Positions 28,610-37,990 of a DNA stretch of 64,000 bases are shown here, in pieces (within the stretch, counting starts at the first letter, position 1; every line of letters starts with the position of its first letter). Both the position numbers and the translations under genes were made by a program. The notes under the pieces were generated by a model. It had not been told where the DNA came from, did not search any database, and saw only the letters and a list, made by a program, of their open reading frames with translations. This DNA comes from Candidatus Rokuibacteriota bacterium (lineage in GTDB: Bacteria; Methylomirabilota; Methylomirabilia; Rokubacteriales; CSP1-6). Location of the stretch: the NCBI GenBank assembly GCA_016193045.1, contig JACPSW010000086.1:11135-75134 (forward strand), in the 5' to 3' direction.

Positions 28610-29680
28610 CTAGAGGAAGCGGCGGTTCTTGCGCTCCTCGGGCGCGCGGAGGCCCAGGGCCTCGATCTTCCGGTCCGCGTACTGCTTGTAGGCCTGGCGG
28701 ATCTCGGCGTTCCCGACGCCCTTCAGCCCCCACTGGATGAACTTCGGGGCGTTGGGGGAGTCCGAGCGGCCGAACATGTCCAGCGCCGCGGGGTACCACT
28801 TGTCGAGGAGGTGCTGGGCCAGGGCCTTGCCGCTCGCGTCCCGGCAGATTCCCATCAGGAAGCGGTAGCCCATCTCCGAGTGCCCGAGCTCGTCCCGCTC
28901 CACCGTGGCCGCGATCTTCGTGAGCGGCACGTAGCTCGATTCGCGCCAGTCCCGGGAGTGGAAGGCCCCGTTCAGGTCCACGAAGAAGTGGAAGAGGGCG
29001 TCGTCGGCCCACGACTCGCGGGGGAGGTGGAAGGCGTAGTGGGTGTAGGGGACGTCCTTCAGGGCGAAGGTCGGGTCCAGGCCCGCGGCGAGGCGGTGGA
29101 AGAGGATGGCATGCTTCATCTCCTCGGCCAGGTACTCGGCCTTGACGCCCTTCGCCCCCTCGGAGGGGGCCAGGGCCTCCGCCAGGTCGGCGCACGTGGA
29201 CATGAACCCCCAGAAGCTCTTGTTCCCCGCCCGCTCCCCCTCGTGGGCGAGCATCTTGAGGAGGAGGCTCCGGTACTCGTCGGGAAGCGCATCCCCCTCG
29301 TTGAAGCGGTAGCGCCCTGCCCCGTCGGCGTGGGGAAAGGCCGGGAGCGGGTCCCCCGCGGAGTACGGCTCGCGCCAGAGCGGCCAGTCCTCGGGCCCGA
29401 TCCTCTCGGGCGCCAGCGCCTGCCACCGCCTGGGGCGCCCACCGCACGTGACCGCCTGGTGGCCGCACTGGCAACCGAGGAGTCCCTCCGCGTACAGATC
29501 GTGCTGAGCCTCGATGAGCGCCGCCGCGAGGCCGGAGAGGAGCCGGTCTCCCACCACGCCGAGGTAGCGGTCGCAGCCCGCGCAGCGGAGCGTGTAGTAG
29601 GTCCCGTAGGCCGCAGGATCCGCCACGCGGATTCCGGCAGACCCGTACGCCTCCCGGATCTCGTCGAGCACCTGGCTCAT
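28610..29680 (-). CDS. Ferritin-like di-iron protein, PaaA/BoxB-like oxygenase subunit, with an N-terminal Cys cluster
   Basis: Two ExxH motifs (EEMKH, DELGH) sit in predicted helical regions. N-terminal CAGC...CQCGH...CGG is also present. The assignment is by motif only. ATG 29680 (MSQVLDEI) is the likely start. Confidence 0.5.
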   Translation of the reverse strand: MSQVLDEIREAYGSAGIRVADPAAYGTYYTLRCAGCDRYLGVVGDRLLSGLAAALIEAQHDLYAEGLLGCQCGHQAVTCGGRPRRWQALAPERIGPEDWPLWREPYSAGDPLPAFPHADGAGRYRFNEGDALPDEYRSLLLKMLAHEGERAGNKSFWGFMSTCADLAEALAPSEGAKGVKAEYLAEEMKHAILFHRLAAGLDPTFALKDVPYTHYAFHLPRESWADDALFHFFVDLNGAFHSRDWRESSYVPLTKIAATVERDELGHSEMGYRFLMGICRDASGKALAQHLLDKWYPAALDMFGRSDSPNAPKFIQWGLKGVGNAEIRQAYKQYADRKIEALGLRAPEERKNRRFL

Positions 29681-29764
29681 GCGGGGCAACGTACTACGAT
29701 CGTCCGGGAAACGCAATGCGGGAGGGGCTTCCCCTGAGACGCAGGATGGATTAGAATCGCGCCC

Positions 29765-30865
29765 GTGAACGCAGCGGTCCTGTCAGAGATCGGTGGCGCC
29801 CTGAAGGTCGAGGACCTCCCGCGTCCTGCCCCACGGGCCGGCGAGGTTCTGGTGAAGGTCACCGCGTGCGGGGTCTGCCACACCGACCTCCACGTGGTCA
29901 AGGGCGAGGTGAAGTTCCCGCTGCCGGCCGTCCTGGGCCACGAGATCTCGGGGGTGGTGGCGGAGATCGGTCCGAACGCCGGCGGCGTGAAGCCGGGCGA
30001 TCAGGTCATCTGCTCCTTCATCATGCCGTGCGGCGCCTGCTACTACTGCGCCCGGGGCCGCGACGACCTCTGCGAGACGTTCTTCGCCATGAACCGGCTC
30101 AAGGGCACGCTCTACGACGGCGAGAGCCGGCTCCGGCGGAAGGACGGCTCGCCGGTGGCGATGTACAGCATGGCCGGGTTGGCGGAGTACGCCGTCGTCC
30201 CCGTCTCCGACGTCTTCCCCGCCCCTCCCAACCTGCCGCTGGCGGATGCCTGCATCCTCGGCTGCGCCATCATGACGGCCTACGGCGCCGTGAAGAACCA
30301 GGCCCAGGTCATGCCGGGCGAGACGGTCGCCGTCGTCGGCGTGGGCGGGGTGGGATCCAACGCCATCCAGATCGCGCGGGTCTTCGGGGCCACCGAGGTG
30401 ATCGCCGTGGACGTGCGGGACGACAAGCTCGAGGCGGCGCGGAAGCTGGGAGCCACTCAGGTCGTGAACGCGTCGAAGGGCGATCCCGTGGCCCAGGTGA
30501 TGAGCCTGACCGGAGGCCGCGGTGCGGATGTGGCGATCGAGGCGCTCGGCAGGCCTGAAACGGTTGTGAACGCTTTTATGATGACGCGCGATGGCGGCCG
30601 CACCGTCGTAATCGGCATCGCCGCGGGCCAGGCTACCGCCGGCATCGAGGTCACGCGTCTCGTCCGCCGCGGCATCCGGCTCTCCGGCTCTTACGGCTGC
30701 CGCGTGCGCACGGACATGCCCGAGGTTCTGCGGCTGGCGGCCAAGGGCCAGATCAACGTGTCTCAGCCGATCTCGCGGCGCTATGCGCTGGAGGATGCCG
30801 ACCAGGCCTACCAGGCCCTCAACCGGGGGGAGATTGTGGGCCGCGCGATCGTCACGACGGCCTAG
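29765..30865 (+). CDS. Zinc-dependent alcohol dehydrogenase (MDR family)
   Basis: The catalytic-zinc motif is GHEISGVV. The structural zinc site is CGACYYC...C, and the Rossmann fold is VGVGGVG. Confidence 0.85.
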   Translation: MNAAVLSEIGGALKVEDLPRPAPRAGEVLVKVTACGVCHTDLHVVKGEVKFPLPAVLGHEISGVVAEIGPNAGGVKPGDQVICSFIMPCGACYYCARGRDDLCETFFAMNRLKGTLYDGESRLRRKDGSPVAMYSMAGLAEYAVVPVSDVFPAPPNLPLADACILGCAIMTAYGAVKNQAQVMPGETVAVVGVGGVGSNAIQIARVFGATEVIAVDVRDDKLEAARKLGATQVVNASKGDPVAQVMSLTGGRGADVAIEALGRPETVVNAFMMTRDGGRTVVIGIAAGQATAGIEVTRLVRRGIRLSGSYGCRVRTDMPEVLRLAAKGQINVSQPISRRYALEDADQAYQALNRGEIVGRAIVTTA

Positions 30866-31080
30866 CGCGCACTATTCACGAGCGGCGGCGGCGCGAGCGG
30901 GCGGGTGGCGCAGGGTGCAGCCCCCACGGGGCCGCGCGCAGTGGGCCCCCCTCGTCCCGTCCGCCGCGCGCAGCGCGGCGTTCGGGTGAGTGGGTGACGG
31001 AGCCGGACCCACGGGGGCTGCACCCTGCGACAGGCCCCGCCCGCTGCACTCGACGATGGTTCGTGAATAATGCGCGCTAG
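30866..31080. mobile_element. MITE copy 2 (~215 bp) between convergent stops
   Basis: CTAGCGCGCACTATTCACGA ... TCGTGAATAATGCGCGCTAG form 20-bp TIRs flanked by TA. The same palindromic interior as copy 1 is present. Confidence 0.6.
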
Positions 31081-31089
31081 CTCACGAGC

Positions 31090-34000
31090 TCAGCGGCCCG
31101 CGAGGCTCGCCTGGCACTGGGCGAGGAGCGGGGCCATCTCGAGCCGGGCGGCGAGCGTAGCGGCCTCCCGGTAGCACGTCTCGGCCTGGCTCAAATCGGC
31201 GGGTGCTCGGCGCGCGTGGATATCGCCTAGGAGCCGCAGCGTCCAGGCCTGATGGCCCTCTTCCTTGTGGGTCCGCGCCAGCTCCAGGGCCTGGCGCGCC
31301 ACCGCCAGAGCGCGATCCATCTGTGCCGCGGCAAGCAGCCCCTCCCCCAGGTGCGCCGTCCAGAGGGCCAGGTAGGCCTTCACACCGAGCGCCTCCGTGA
31401 GGCTCACGCCCTCCTCGAGGAGCGGGAGCCCCTCCGAGACCCGGCCGAGGCGCACGAGGGTGTGTCCGAGGATGGATGAGGGGATCGGCCGCCAGACTGC
31501 GAGGCCCCGCTCCCGGCACGCCTGCAGGCTCTTCTCGAGGTCGGGGCGCGCGCCCTCGAAGTTGCCCTCGCGGTTCTTGACGAGGCCCGCCAGGGTCCAG
31601 GCGATGGCCTCGCTGTAAGCGTGGCCGCTGCCGTCGGCCGCGCGGCGGGCTTTCTCGACCGCCGCGCCGGCCTCGACGAAATCGCCCAGCTCGGCCCAGG
31701 CGAAGGCCAGCCACCCGCACGAGGCCACGTACGCGAATCCCCCGCGGGTCACGCCGGGCGCCCCCTCGTTTTTTTCGATCAGGACGATGTTCCGGCCGAG
31801 CGTGGAGACCGCCTCGCGGTAGCGCCCCTGGGCATGGGCGCAGGTCCCCATGTACTGGAGCGCCAGCACCTGGAGCGGCAGGTCGCCCGCGCGCTCGCCG
31901 ATCGCCAGGCAGCGCTGGCCGTACTCGCTGGCCAGGTGGGGCTCGCCCTTCAGGTAGTGGTAGTTGATCAGGTAGGTGTACACGCGGGCCAGCCGCTGCT
32001 CGTCGTCCAGGGCCCGGGCGAGCCCTTCGGCCTCCCGGGAGAGGGCGAGGACCTCTTCGAGACGCCCCAGCTGGAGGAGCGGCGGGCGCAGGTCGAGGGC
32101 GATGTCGATGGTCCGCTCGTCGCGCTTCCGGCTCTGGCCGAGGCGCGCGTTGGCCTCCAGCGCCCGCTGGAGAAACGTCGCCGCCTCGGTGTTGGCGCAG
32201 AGGCCGGCGGCCTTGGCGCCGGCCTCGCGCAGGTAGGTCACGGCCTTCTCCCACTCCTCGCCCTGGAGGAAGTGGTGGGCCAGCATCTCGACGTGCTCGG
32301 AGAGGCGCAGGGCATAGACCTCCTCCACCGCCTCGCCGATGAGCCGGTGGAGCGCCTTCCTGCGCTGGACCAGGAGGCTCTCGTAGGCCACCTCCTGAAC
32401 GAGGGCCTGGCGGAACATGTACGCGGCCTCGTCGAGGGACTTCTCGATGATCAGCTCGAGCTCCAGGAGCTTCTGGAGCGCCGTCGGGATCCCCTCCCCG
32501 CGATCGGCCACGCGCGCGAGCAGGCGCTGGGTGAAATCCCGGCCGATGACGGAAGCCATCTGCAGCGCTGATTTTGCAAGGTCAGGCAGGCGATCGATGC
32601 GCGCGGCCAGGACGTCGAGGATCGTCGGCGGGATCTTGAGCGCCTCGGCGCCATGGCTCCACCCGGTCTCCCTCAGCGAGCGGGCGACTTCTTCGATGAA
32701 CAGCGGGTTGCCGCCCGTCTTCTCGACGACGGCAGACAGCAGCTCGGGCGGGGCGGGGGTCTCGGCGAGGATGCCGCGGGCGAGCGCCGCCCGCTCGTCG
32801 GGCTCGAGCGGCTGAAGCACGATCCGGGAGCTCACGGGGCTCCCGGCGGCCGGCGGGGTCGCGCGCGGACGGCAGGTCAGGATGACGAGGGCGGGGGCGC
32901 GCGGGATGGCCGCCGCCCAGAAGTTCAGGAACTCGGCCGAGGCCCCGTCGAGCCACTGGCAGTTCTCGAAGACGAAGACGTGGGGCCGCTGCCGCGCGGC
33001 GGCCGCGCTGAGCCGGCCGAGGGCGTCGAGGAGGCGCTCCTTGCGCTCCTGCGGGGAGAGCGCCGCCATCCCGCCCTCCGCGGCGCCGAGGGACAAGAGG
33101 TAGCGGAGCGCCGGCGCGGCCGTCTCGACATCGGGGCCGAGCTCCGCGAGCCGCGCCGTGAGCTTCCGGTCCATCTCCCGCTCCGGATCGCCATCGGCCA
33201 GCCCCAGCAGGGCGCGCACGATGTCGATCACCGGCAGGTACGGCGTGGACTGGCCGTAGGGGACGCACGTCCCTTCGACCCAGGCCATGGTCCCGGCGGG
33301 GAGGCGGGTGCGGAGTTCCCAGAGGAGGCGCGACTTGCCGATCCCCGCTTCCCCGAGGATCGTGACCACCCGGCCGCGCCCGGCGCGGGCCTCGTCGGCG
33401 GCGCTCAGGAGGGCGGCGAGCTCCGCTTCCCGCCCGACGAACGTCGAGAGCCCGGCCTCGGAGGCGACGGCGAGCCGGCTCCGGTGGGCCCTCCTGCGGA
33501 GCGGGCGGAAGACCTCAACCGGAAGGCTTTTCCCCTTCACCGTGTGCGTGCCGAGCGCCTCGCAGTCGAAGTACCCGGCGACCAGGTGGTGAGTGGCCTC
33601 GCTGATCGCCACCGTCCCCGGCTCGGCCAGCGCCTGCAGGCGCGCGGCCAGGTTGACGGTGTCGCCCTGGGCGGTGTAGTCCATGCGGAGGTCGTCCCCG
33701 ATCTTGCCGACGACGACGAGTCCCGTATTCACGCCGATCCTGAGGGCGACCCGCTGGCCGCGGCTCCGCTGAAGCTCGTCGCCGACCTTGCGCATGGCTT
33801 CCTGGATTGCCAGCGCCGCCTCCACGGCGCGCGCCGCGTGGTCCTCCAGGGCGAGGGGGGCGCCGAACAGGGCCATGATCCCGTCGCCGGTGAACTGGTT
33901 CACCGTGCCCTCGTACCGGTGGACCTCCGCCAGCATGATCTCGAAGAGGCGATTCATCAGGTCGTGAAGCTCCTCCGGGTCCAGCTGCTCGGAGAGGCCC

Positions 34001-34293
34001 GTGAAGTTCTGGAGGTCGGCGAAGAGGACGGTGACCTGCTTGCGCTCGCCCTCCAGCGCCGTCCGGGACGTGAGGATGCGCTCGGCCAGATGCCTGGGCG
34101 TGTAGGAACGGGGGGCGTCGAACTGGGCCGCGGGGACCGCGCCCGCGACGGGGGTCCCGCATTGATCGCAGAACTTCGCCCCCTCGCGGAGGTCGCCCTG
34201 ACAACGCGAGCACCGGGCGGCGAGGGGGGCGCCGCACCGGTCGCAGAACCTGGCGCCTTCGCGCAGATCGTGCCGGCAGCGCGGGCAGTTCAT
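31090..34293 (-). CDS. Paralogous zinc-ribbon + class III adenylate cyclase + STAND/AAA ATPase + TPR protein
   Basis: CPRCRH..CDRCG / CSRCQG..CDQCG are followed by VLFADLQNFTGLS...GDGIMALFG and GEAGIGKSRLL, then TPR repeats. It has the same architecture as 23830-27162. The protein is 1067 aa. Confidence 0.8.
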   Translation of the reverse strand: MNCPRCRHDLREGARFCDRCGAPLAARCSRCQGDLREGAKFCDQCGTPVAGAVPAAQFDAPRSYTPRHLAERILTSRTALEGERKQVTVLFADLQNFTGLSEQLDPEELHDLMNRLFEIMLAEVHRYEGTVNQFTGDGIMALFGAPLALEDHAARAVEAALAIQEAMRKVGDELQRSRGQRVALRIGVNTGLVVVGKIGDDLRMDYTAQGDTVNLAARLQALAEPGTVAISEATHHLVAGYFDCEALGTHTVKGKSLPVEVFRPLRRRAHRSRLAVASEAGLSTFVGREAELAALLSAADEARAGRGRVVTILGEAGIGKSRLLWELRTRLPAGTMAWVEGTCVPYGQSTPYLPVIDIVRALLGLADGDPEREMDRKLTARLAELGPDVETAAPALRYLLSLGAAEGGMAALSPQERKERLLDALGRLSAAAARQRPHVFVFENCQWLDGASAEFLNFWAAAIPRAPALVILTCRPRATPPAAGSPVSSRIVLQPLEPDERAALARGILAETPAPPELLSAVVEKTGGNPLFIEEVARSLRETGWSHGAEALKIPPTILDVLAARIDRLPDLAKSALQMASVIGRDFTQRLLARVADRGEGIPTALQKLLELELIIEKSLDEAAYMFRQALVQEVAYESLLVQRRKALHRLIGEAVEEVYALRLSEHVEMLAHHFLQGEEWEKAVTYLREAGAKAAGLCANTEAATFLQRALEANARLGQSRKRDERTIDIALDLRPPLLQLGRLEEVLALSREAEGLARALDDEQRLARVYTYLINYHYLKGEPHLASEYGQRCLAIGERAGDLPLQVLALQYMGTCAHAQGRYREAVSTLGRNIVLIEKNEGAPGVTRGGFAYVASCGWLAFAWAELGDFVEAGAAVEKARRAADGSGHAYSEAIAWTLAGLVKNREGNFEGARPDLEKSLQACRERGLAVWRPIPSSILGHTLVRLGRVSEGLPLLEEGVSLTEALGVKAYLALWTAHLGEGLLAAAQMDRALAVARQALELARTHKEEGHQAWTLRLLGDIHARRAPADLSQAETCYREAATLAARLEMAPLLAQCQASLAGR

Positions 34294-34374
34294 GGTGGCG
34301 GGATACTAGCACCCCCGGCCCGGTCTCTCAAGAGCCTTTGCCCCCGTCCACGCCGCGCGTATGATGGAAGGCAG

Positions 34375-34932
34375 ATGGGGAAACGGCTCGTGTCCGTCGC
34401 GGCGCTCGTGCTCCTCGGGGCGCTCCCCGCGCTGGCCCAGCAGCCGGCGGCGGGCGATCCGAGCCGCCCCTTCACCTCTCAGCGGCCTCCGGCCGCCGCC
34501 CAGCCCCCGCCCGCCAACCCGTACCTGCCCCAGGGCAACCCCTTCGGGCCCGCGAGCGCGACGAATCCGTACACGCCCCAGGGCAACCCCTTCGGCCCGG
34601 CGAGCGTGACGAACCCGTACGCGCCCCAGGGCAACCCCTTCATGCCGGCGAGCCCCACCGCCCCGTCGGTCCCTTCGATCCCTTCCGTGGGCGCCACGCG
34701 GGGGACCTTCGGCGTCGGAGTGCCCTTCACCCCCGAGGCTCCGTACAACCCGTACAGCCCGCTCGGGTCTCCGTTCAGCTCGGCGAGCCCGGCCTACCAG
34801 CCGGGGCAGCTGGGCAGTCCCTTCGCGCCTTACACCCCTTCCAACCCCTTCGGCGCGGGCGCTCCCTTCGACCCCTTCAACCCGAACAATCCCAACAGCC
34901 CCTTCTTCCCGCTGAGCCGTCCCAAGAAGTAG
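34375..34932 (+). CDS. Secreted Pro/Gly-rich repeat protein with NPY/NPF repeats
   Basis: The signal peptide is MGKRLVSVAALVLLGALPALAQQ. NPYxPQGNPFGPASxT occurs three times in tandem, and further NPY/NPF motifs follow. Confidence 0.6.
   Translation: MGKRLVSVAALVLLGALPALAQQPAAGDPSRPFTSQRPPAAAQPPPANPYLPQGNPFGPASATNPYTPQGNPFGPASVTNPYAPQGNPFMPASPTAPSVPSIPSVGATRGTFGVGVPFTPEAPYNPYSPLGSPFSSASPAYQPGQLGSPFAPYTPSNPFGAGAPFDPFNPNNPNSPFFPLSRPKK
34516..34659 (+). repeat. Three tandem 48-nt repeats encoding NPYxPQGNPFGPASxT
   Basis: The three units aacccgtacctgccccagggcaaccccttcgggcccgcgagcgcgacg, aatccgtacacgccccagggcaaccccttcggcccggcgagcgtgacg and aacccgtacgcgccccagggcaaccccttcatgccggcgagccccacc are directly visible. 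Confidence 0.6.
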
Positions 34933-35021
34933 GGCCGGCGGTCGTTGTTTTTGAACTGCTTTACGATTTCGTGTAAAGTAAAGCACGGATCAACGAAGCA
35001 TCATCTCGATGGGAGGAAAGA

Positions 35022-35240
35022 GTGGCACGTCTCACATTGTCTTCTAAGAACCAAATCGTGCTCCCTAAAGAGGCTCGGCAGGCGATGGGAGTCAGGGGTG
35101 GAGACCAGATATTGGTCGTGGTGAAAGGAAGCGTAACCCTCCTCATGCCCAAGCCCAAAAAATATGCCAAGGCCCTTTCCGGGAGTGGAAAAAGACTCTA
35201 CCCCAAGACATACCTTAAGACGGAACGCAGGTCGTGGTAG
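35022..35240 (+). CDS. vapB: AbrB/MazE/SpoVT-family antitoxin (VapB-like)
   Basis: MARLTLSSKNQIVLPKEARQAMGV is a swapped-hairpin SpoVT_AbrB motif. The protein is 72 aa and lies directly upstream of a PIN gene. Confidence 0.7.
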   Translation: MARLTLSSKNQIVLPKEARQAMGVRGGDQILVVVKGSVTLLMPKPKKYAKALSGSGKRLYPKTYLKTERRSW

Positions 35241-35683
35241 GTGTTGCCGCTCTCGAGGGCTTTCTCAGGAAGCACAGAACGATCGGCTTAGATTCTAGCA
35301 TCCTGATTTACTTCATCCAGGCCGACGCCGTTTATGGGCCGCTCGCGACCAAGATTTTTGAATGGATGGAGGCGGGAAGGGTTCACGGGATCTGCTCCGC
35401 GCTCACTCTTTTGGAGGTGCTGGTTCAGCCATATCGGAGAAACGATGAGGAACGAGTCGGCCAGTTCTACGGGCTGCTGACAACGTATCCTCACCTCACC
35501 TGGGTGGCGCTTTCCCTAGAAATAGCCGACCTGGGGGCCCGGCTGCGGGCGACGTATCGGTTGAAGACTCCAGATTCGATCCTGATCGCGACCGCGGTGA
35601 ATTCCGAAGCCACGGGGTTTATCGGAAACGACGCAGACTTGAAACGGATCACCGAGCTTGATGTGTTGGTGCTGGGCAAGTAG
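35234..35683 (+). CDS. vapC: PIN-domain ribonuclease toxin VapC
   Basis: GLDSSILIYF is the PIN D...S motif. Conserved acidic residues E and D (ITELD) are present. It overlaps the vapB stop. Confidence 0.75.
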   Translation: MVGVAALEGFLRKHRTIGLDSSILIYFIQADAVYGPLATKIFEWMEAGRVHGICSALTLLEVLVQPYRRNDEERVGQFYGLLTTYPHLTWVALSLEIADLGARLRATYRLKTPDSILIATAVNSEATGFIGNDADLKRITELDVLVLGK

Positions 35684-35775
35684 TTACTAGTCTAGGAGAC
35701 TACCCGGGCCGCGGTCGCTTGTCGTCCCTCATGGGCCGTGGTAGCATCCCCTCACCCCAGGAGAGGAGGATCGCC

Positions 35776-36168
35776 ATGCCGAAGACCACTCAGCTCACCC
35801 TCACCCTCGAATCCAAGCCGGGGGTCCTGGCCAAGATCAGCCAGGCGCTGGCCGGCGCCGGCGTGAACATCAGCGCCATCTGCGCCGCCGAGGCGGCGGG
35901 GCGCGGCAAGATCCGGATGGTCGTCAGCGATCCCGGCCGGGCCAAGGAAGCGCTGAAGGCGGCCAAGCTCCGCTGCAGCGAGGAGCCGGCCCTGGTGCTC
36001 ACCCTGGAGGATCGCCCGGGCGCCCTGGCGCGCGTGGCCGAGAAGCTCGCCGCCGCCAAGGTCAACATCAAGTGCGCGTACGCCACCACCGGTGGCATGG
36101 GCGGATCCACGACCGTCGTGCTCTCGGTCTCCAACGTGGACAAGGCGGCCTCCGTGCTCGGCGTGTAG
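35776..36168 (+). CDS. Tandem ACT-domain protein
   Basis: Two ACT-like units are LESKPGVLAKISQALAGAGVNI and LEDRPGALARVAEKLAAAKVNI. Confidence 0.6.
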   Translation: MPKTTQLTLTLESKPGVLAKISQALAGAGVNISAICAAEAAGRGKIRMVVSDPGRAKEALKAAKLRCSEEPALVLTLEDRPGALARVAEKLAAAKVNIKCAYATTGGMGGSTTVVLSVSNVDKAASVLGV

Positions 36169-36366
36169 ATGCGGCTCAAGCGCGCGGCGGTCGAGGAGAT
36201 GATGGCGGGGCGCCCCGCCGGCACGACGCTGGAAGAGGCGCTGGAGGTGTTCGAGGTCTTCGCCAGCGGCTCTCTGAGCGACGAGGTGTACATCCTGGAC
36301 GACGTGAGCGGCAAGCGGATCGCCATCGCTCCCGCCGCCCTCAAGGAAAAGTATCGCCCCGCGTAA
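36169..36366 (+). CDS. Small hypothetical protein (65 aa)
   Basis: The ORF lies immediately after the ACT-protein TAG. No motif is recognised. Confidence 0.25.
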   Translation: MRLKRAAVEEMMAGRPAGTTLEEALEVFEVFASGSLSDEVYILDDVSGKRIAIAPAALKEKYRPA

Positions 36367-36385
36367 AGGCGGGGGGAGGTGAGGC

Positions 36386-37213
36386 ATGGCCATCATCACC
36401 ATCTCGCACGAAATGGGGGCCGGCGGGCCCGAGATCGGGATGACCGTGGCGCAGCGCCTCGGCTACCGCTACGCGGACCACGAGCTGATCCTCGACACGG
36501 CGCAGCGCTATGGCCTGCTCGAGGAGAAGCTGAGCCACCTGGACGAGAGCAAGCCGTCGTTCTTCGAGCGCCTGGACACCGAGACCCACCAGTACATCAC
36601 CGCCATCCAGACCACGCTGCTGGAGTTCGCCGACCAGGACAACGTGGTCCTGATGGGACGCAGCGGCCAGTGGCTCCTGCGCGGGATTCCCCATGTGCTC
36701 CGGGTCCGCGTCAAGGCGCCCTTTGAACTCCGCGTCAAGCGCGCGCTGAAGAAGATGGCGGGCCAGATGGGGGAGGCCGTGAACCCGCGGACCGTTACGG
36801 ACATGGTCCGCCGGGACGACGCGGAGAAGGCGGGCCGGTTCCGCTACCTCTATGAGTTGGACATCAACGACCCGAGCCTCTACGAGCTCGTGCTCAACAC
36901 CGAAAAGGTGTCCACCGAGACGGCGGTGGAGCTGATCGCTACGGCGGCGCGCCGCCCCGACTTCGCCACCACCGAGGCGGGCCGGCAGGTCGTCGCCGAC
37001 CGGGCGCTCGCCTCGCGCGTGCAGGTGGCGCTCGCCACCCAGCCGGAGACCCGCAAGTACCGGATCACGGTGGAGGCTCAGCAGGGGGTGGTGACCCTCG
37101 AGGCGACCGCGGCCCTGGACCAGGCCGTGGAGGTGGCGCGGACGGTGCACGGCGTGCGGGACGTGAAGACCCGCCAGGTGGAGATCCCGCCCATTCCTCC
37201 GTTCGTGGCTTGA
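36386..37213 (+). CDS. Cytidylate-kinase-like family protein fused to a C-terminal BON domain
   Basis: MAIITISHEMGAGGPEIG resembles the cytidylate kinase-like family N-terminus. The C-terminus TVEAQQGVVTLEATAALDQAVEVARTVHGVRDV is BON-like. Confidence 0.55.
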   Translation: MAIITISHEMGAGGPEIGMTVAQRLGYRYADHELILDTAQRYGLLEEKLSHLDESKPSFFERLDTETHQYITAIQTTLLEFADQDNVVLMGRSGQWLLRGIPHVLRVRVKAPFELRVKRALKKMAGQMGEAVNPRTVTDMVRRDDAEKAGRFRYLYELDINDPSLYELVLNTEKVSTETAVELIATAARRPDFATTEAGRQVVADRALASRVQVALATQPETRKYRITVEAQQGVVTLEATAALDQAVEVARTVHGVRDVKTRQVEIPPIPPFVA

Positions 37214-37217
37214 CCGT

Positions 37218-37730
37218 ATGCCGGGCGCCCGGGGCCTTGCCGCGGTTTCCGTCGCGCTGGACGTCCTAGCCCGCGGGGAGCGCCTGTGGGTGAGGGAGGC
37301 CACCCCGAGCATGCTGCCGCTGATCCGGCCAGGCGATGAGCTCCTGCTGGCCCCGCTCGGGTCGCGGACGATCGGGGCCGGGGAGGTGATCGCGTACCGG
37401 CGGGAGAGCCAACTCGTCATTCACCGGGTGCTGAGCGCGCCCGGCTCCGGTGTGGTGGCCAAGGGAGACGCGCTCGCCTCCCCCGATCCCCTCGTGCCGT
37501 GGGATCGGGTGGTGGCTCGTGTCGTCGCGCTCCGCGGCCCCGATGGGCGGACGGCGAATCTCGATGCCTTCCCGTGGCCGCTTACCCACCGCCTCCTGGG
37601 TCGGATGTCCTGGATGGCGGCTCGTCTTTCGCTGGAGAGTTCCGGAGAGGCTCCGCCGCCGTTCGTGAGGCGCCTCGCGTGGAAGGCCGTCCGCCTCCCG
37701 TTCTACCTCGCAAGGCTCGTCCTCAGGTGA
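37218..37730 (+). CDS. S26 (signal-peptidase-I-like) family protein with a Ser/His-type dyad
   Basis: TPSMLPLIRPGDELL matches box B (SMxPTL..GD). VIAYRR...LVIHRVL resembles box D with His in place of Lys. Confidence 0.45.
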   Translation: MPGARGLAAVSVALDVLARGERLWVREATPSMLPLIRPGDELLLAPLGSRTIGAGEVIAYRRESQLVIHRVLSAPGSGVVAKGDALASPDPLVPWDRVVARVVALRGPDGRTANLDAFPWPLTHRLLGRMSWMAARLSLESSGEAPPPFVRRLAWKAVRLPFYLARLVLR

Positions 37731-37990
37731 TCGTCGCCAAAGCCCCGACGACAGCGTGGCGGATCATCGAGGGAGAGGCGGTCATCCTCTCCATGGAGAC
37801 CAAAGTGCTCCGCGGGCTCAATCCGGTCGGAAGCCGCGTCTGGGAGCTCATCGACGGTCGCCGAGACGTTGAGGAAATCATCGAGGAGATCGTGCAGGAG
37901 TTCGACGTGGCCGCGGCGGAGGCGGGCCGGGACGTGATGGGCTTCATCCAGGAGCTCCTGGATCGGGGCCTCGTGACCTCTGTCGGATGA
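37727..37990 (+). CDS. PqqD-family protein (stand-alone RiPP recognition element)
   Basis: ...ILSMETKVLRGLNPVGSRVWELIDGRRDVEEIIEEIVQEFDVAAAEAGRDVMGFIQELLDRGLV is the canonical PqqD/RRE pattern. The GTGA overlaps the upstream gene. Confidence 0.65.
   Translation: MIVAKAPTTAWRIIEGEAVILSMETKVLRGLNPVGSRVWELIDGRRDVEEIIEEIVQEFDVAAAEAGRDVMGFIQELLDRGLVTSVG

Noticed and set aside
34321-34340. GGTCTCTCAAGAGC with GG/GC spacing of a sigma-54 site upstream of the NPY-repeat gene.
   Set aside because: Flanking bases do not match TGGCAC or TTGCW, so the signal is too weak.
32653-34932. 759-aa plus-strand ORF.
   Set aside because: Only the last ~185 codons (34375-34932) have a signal peptide, an RBS and a coherent repeat protein. 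The upstream 1.7 kb is antisense to the cyclase paralog.
36166-36171. TAG stop of the ACT-domain gene immediately followed in-frame by ATG of a 65-aa ORF. This was considered as possible stop-codon recoding.
   Set aside because: TAG is not a Sec codon. An ATG start and separate gene is the simpler explanation, and no Pyl context is present.
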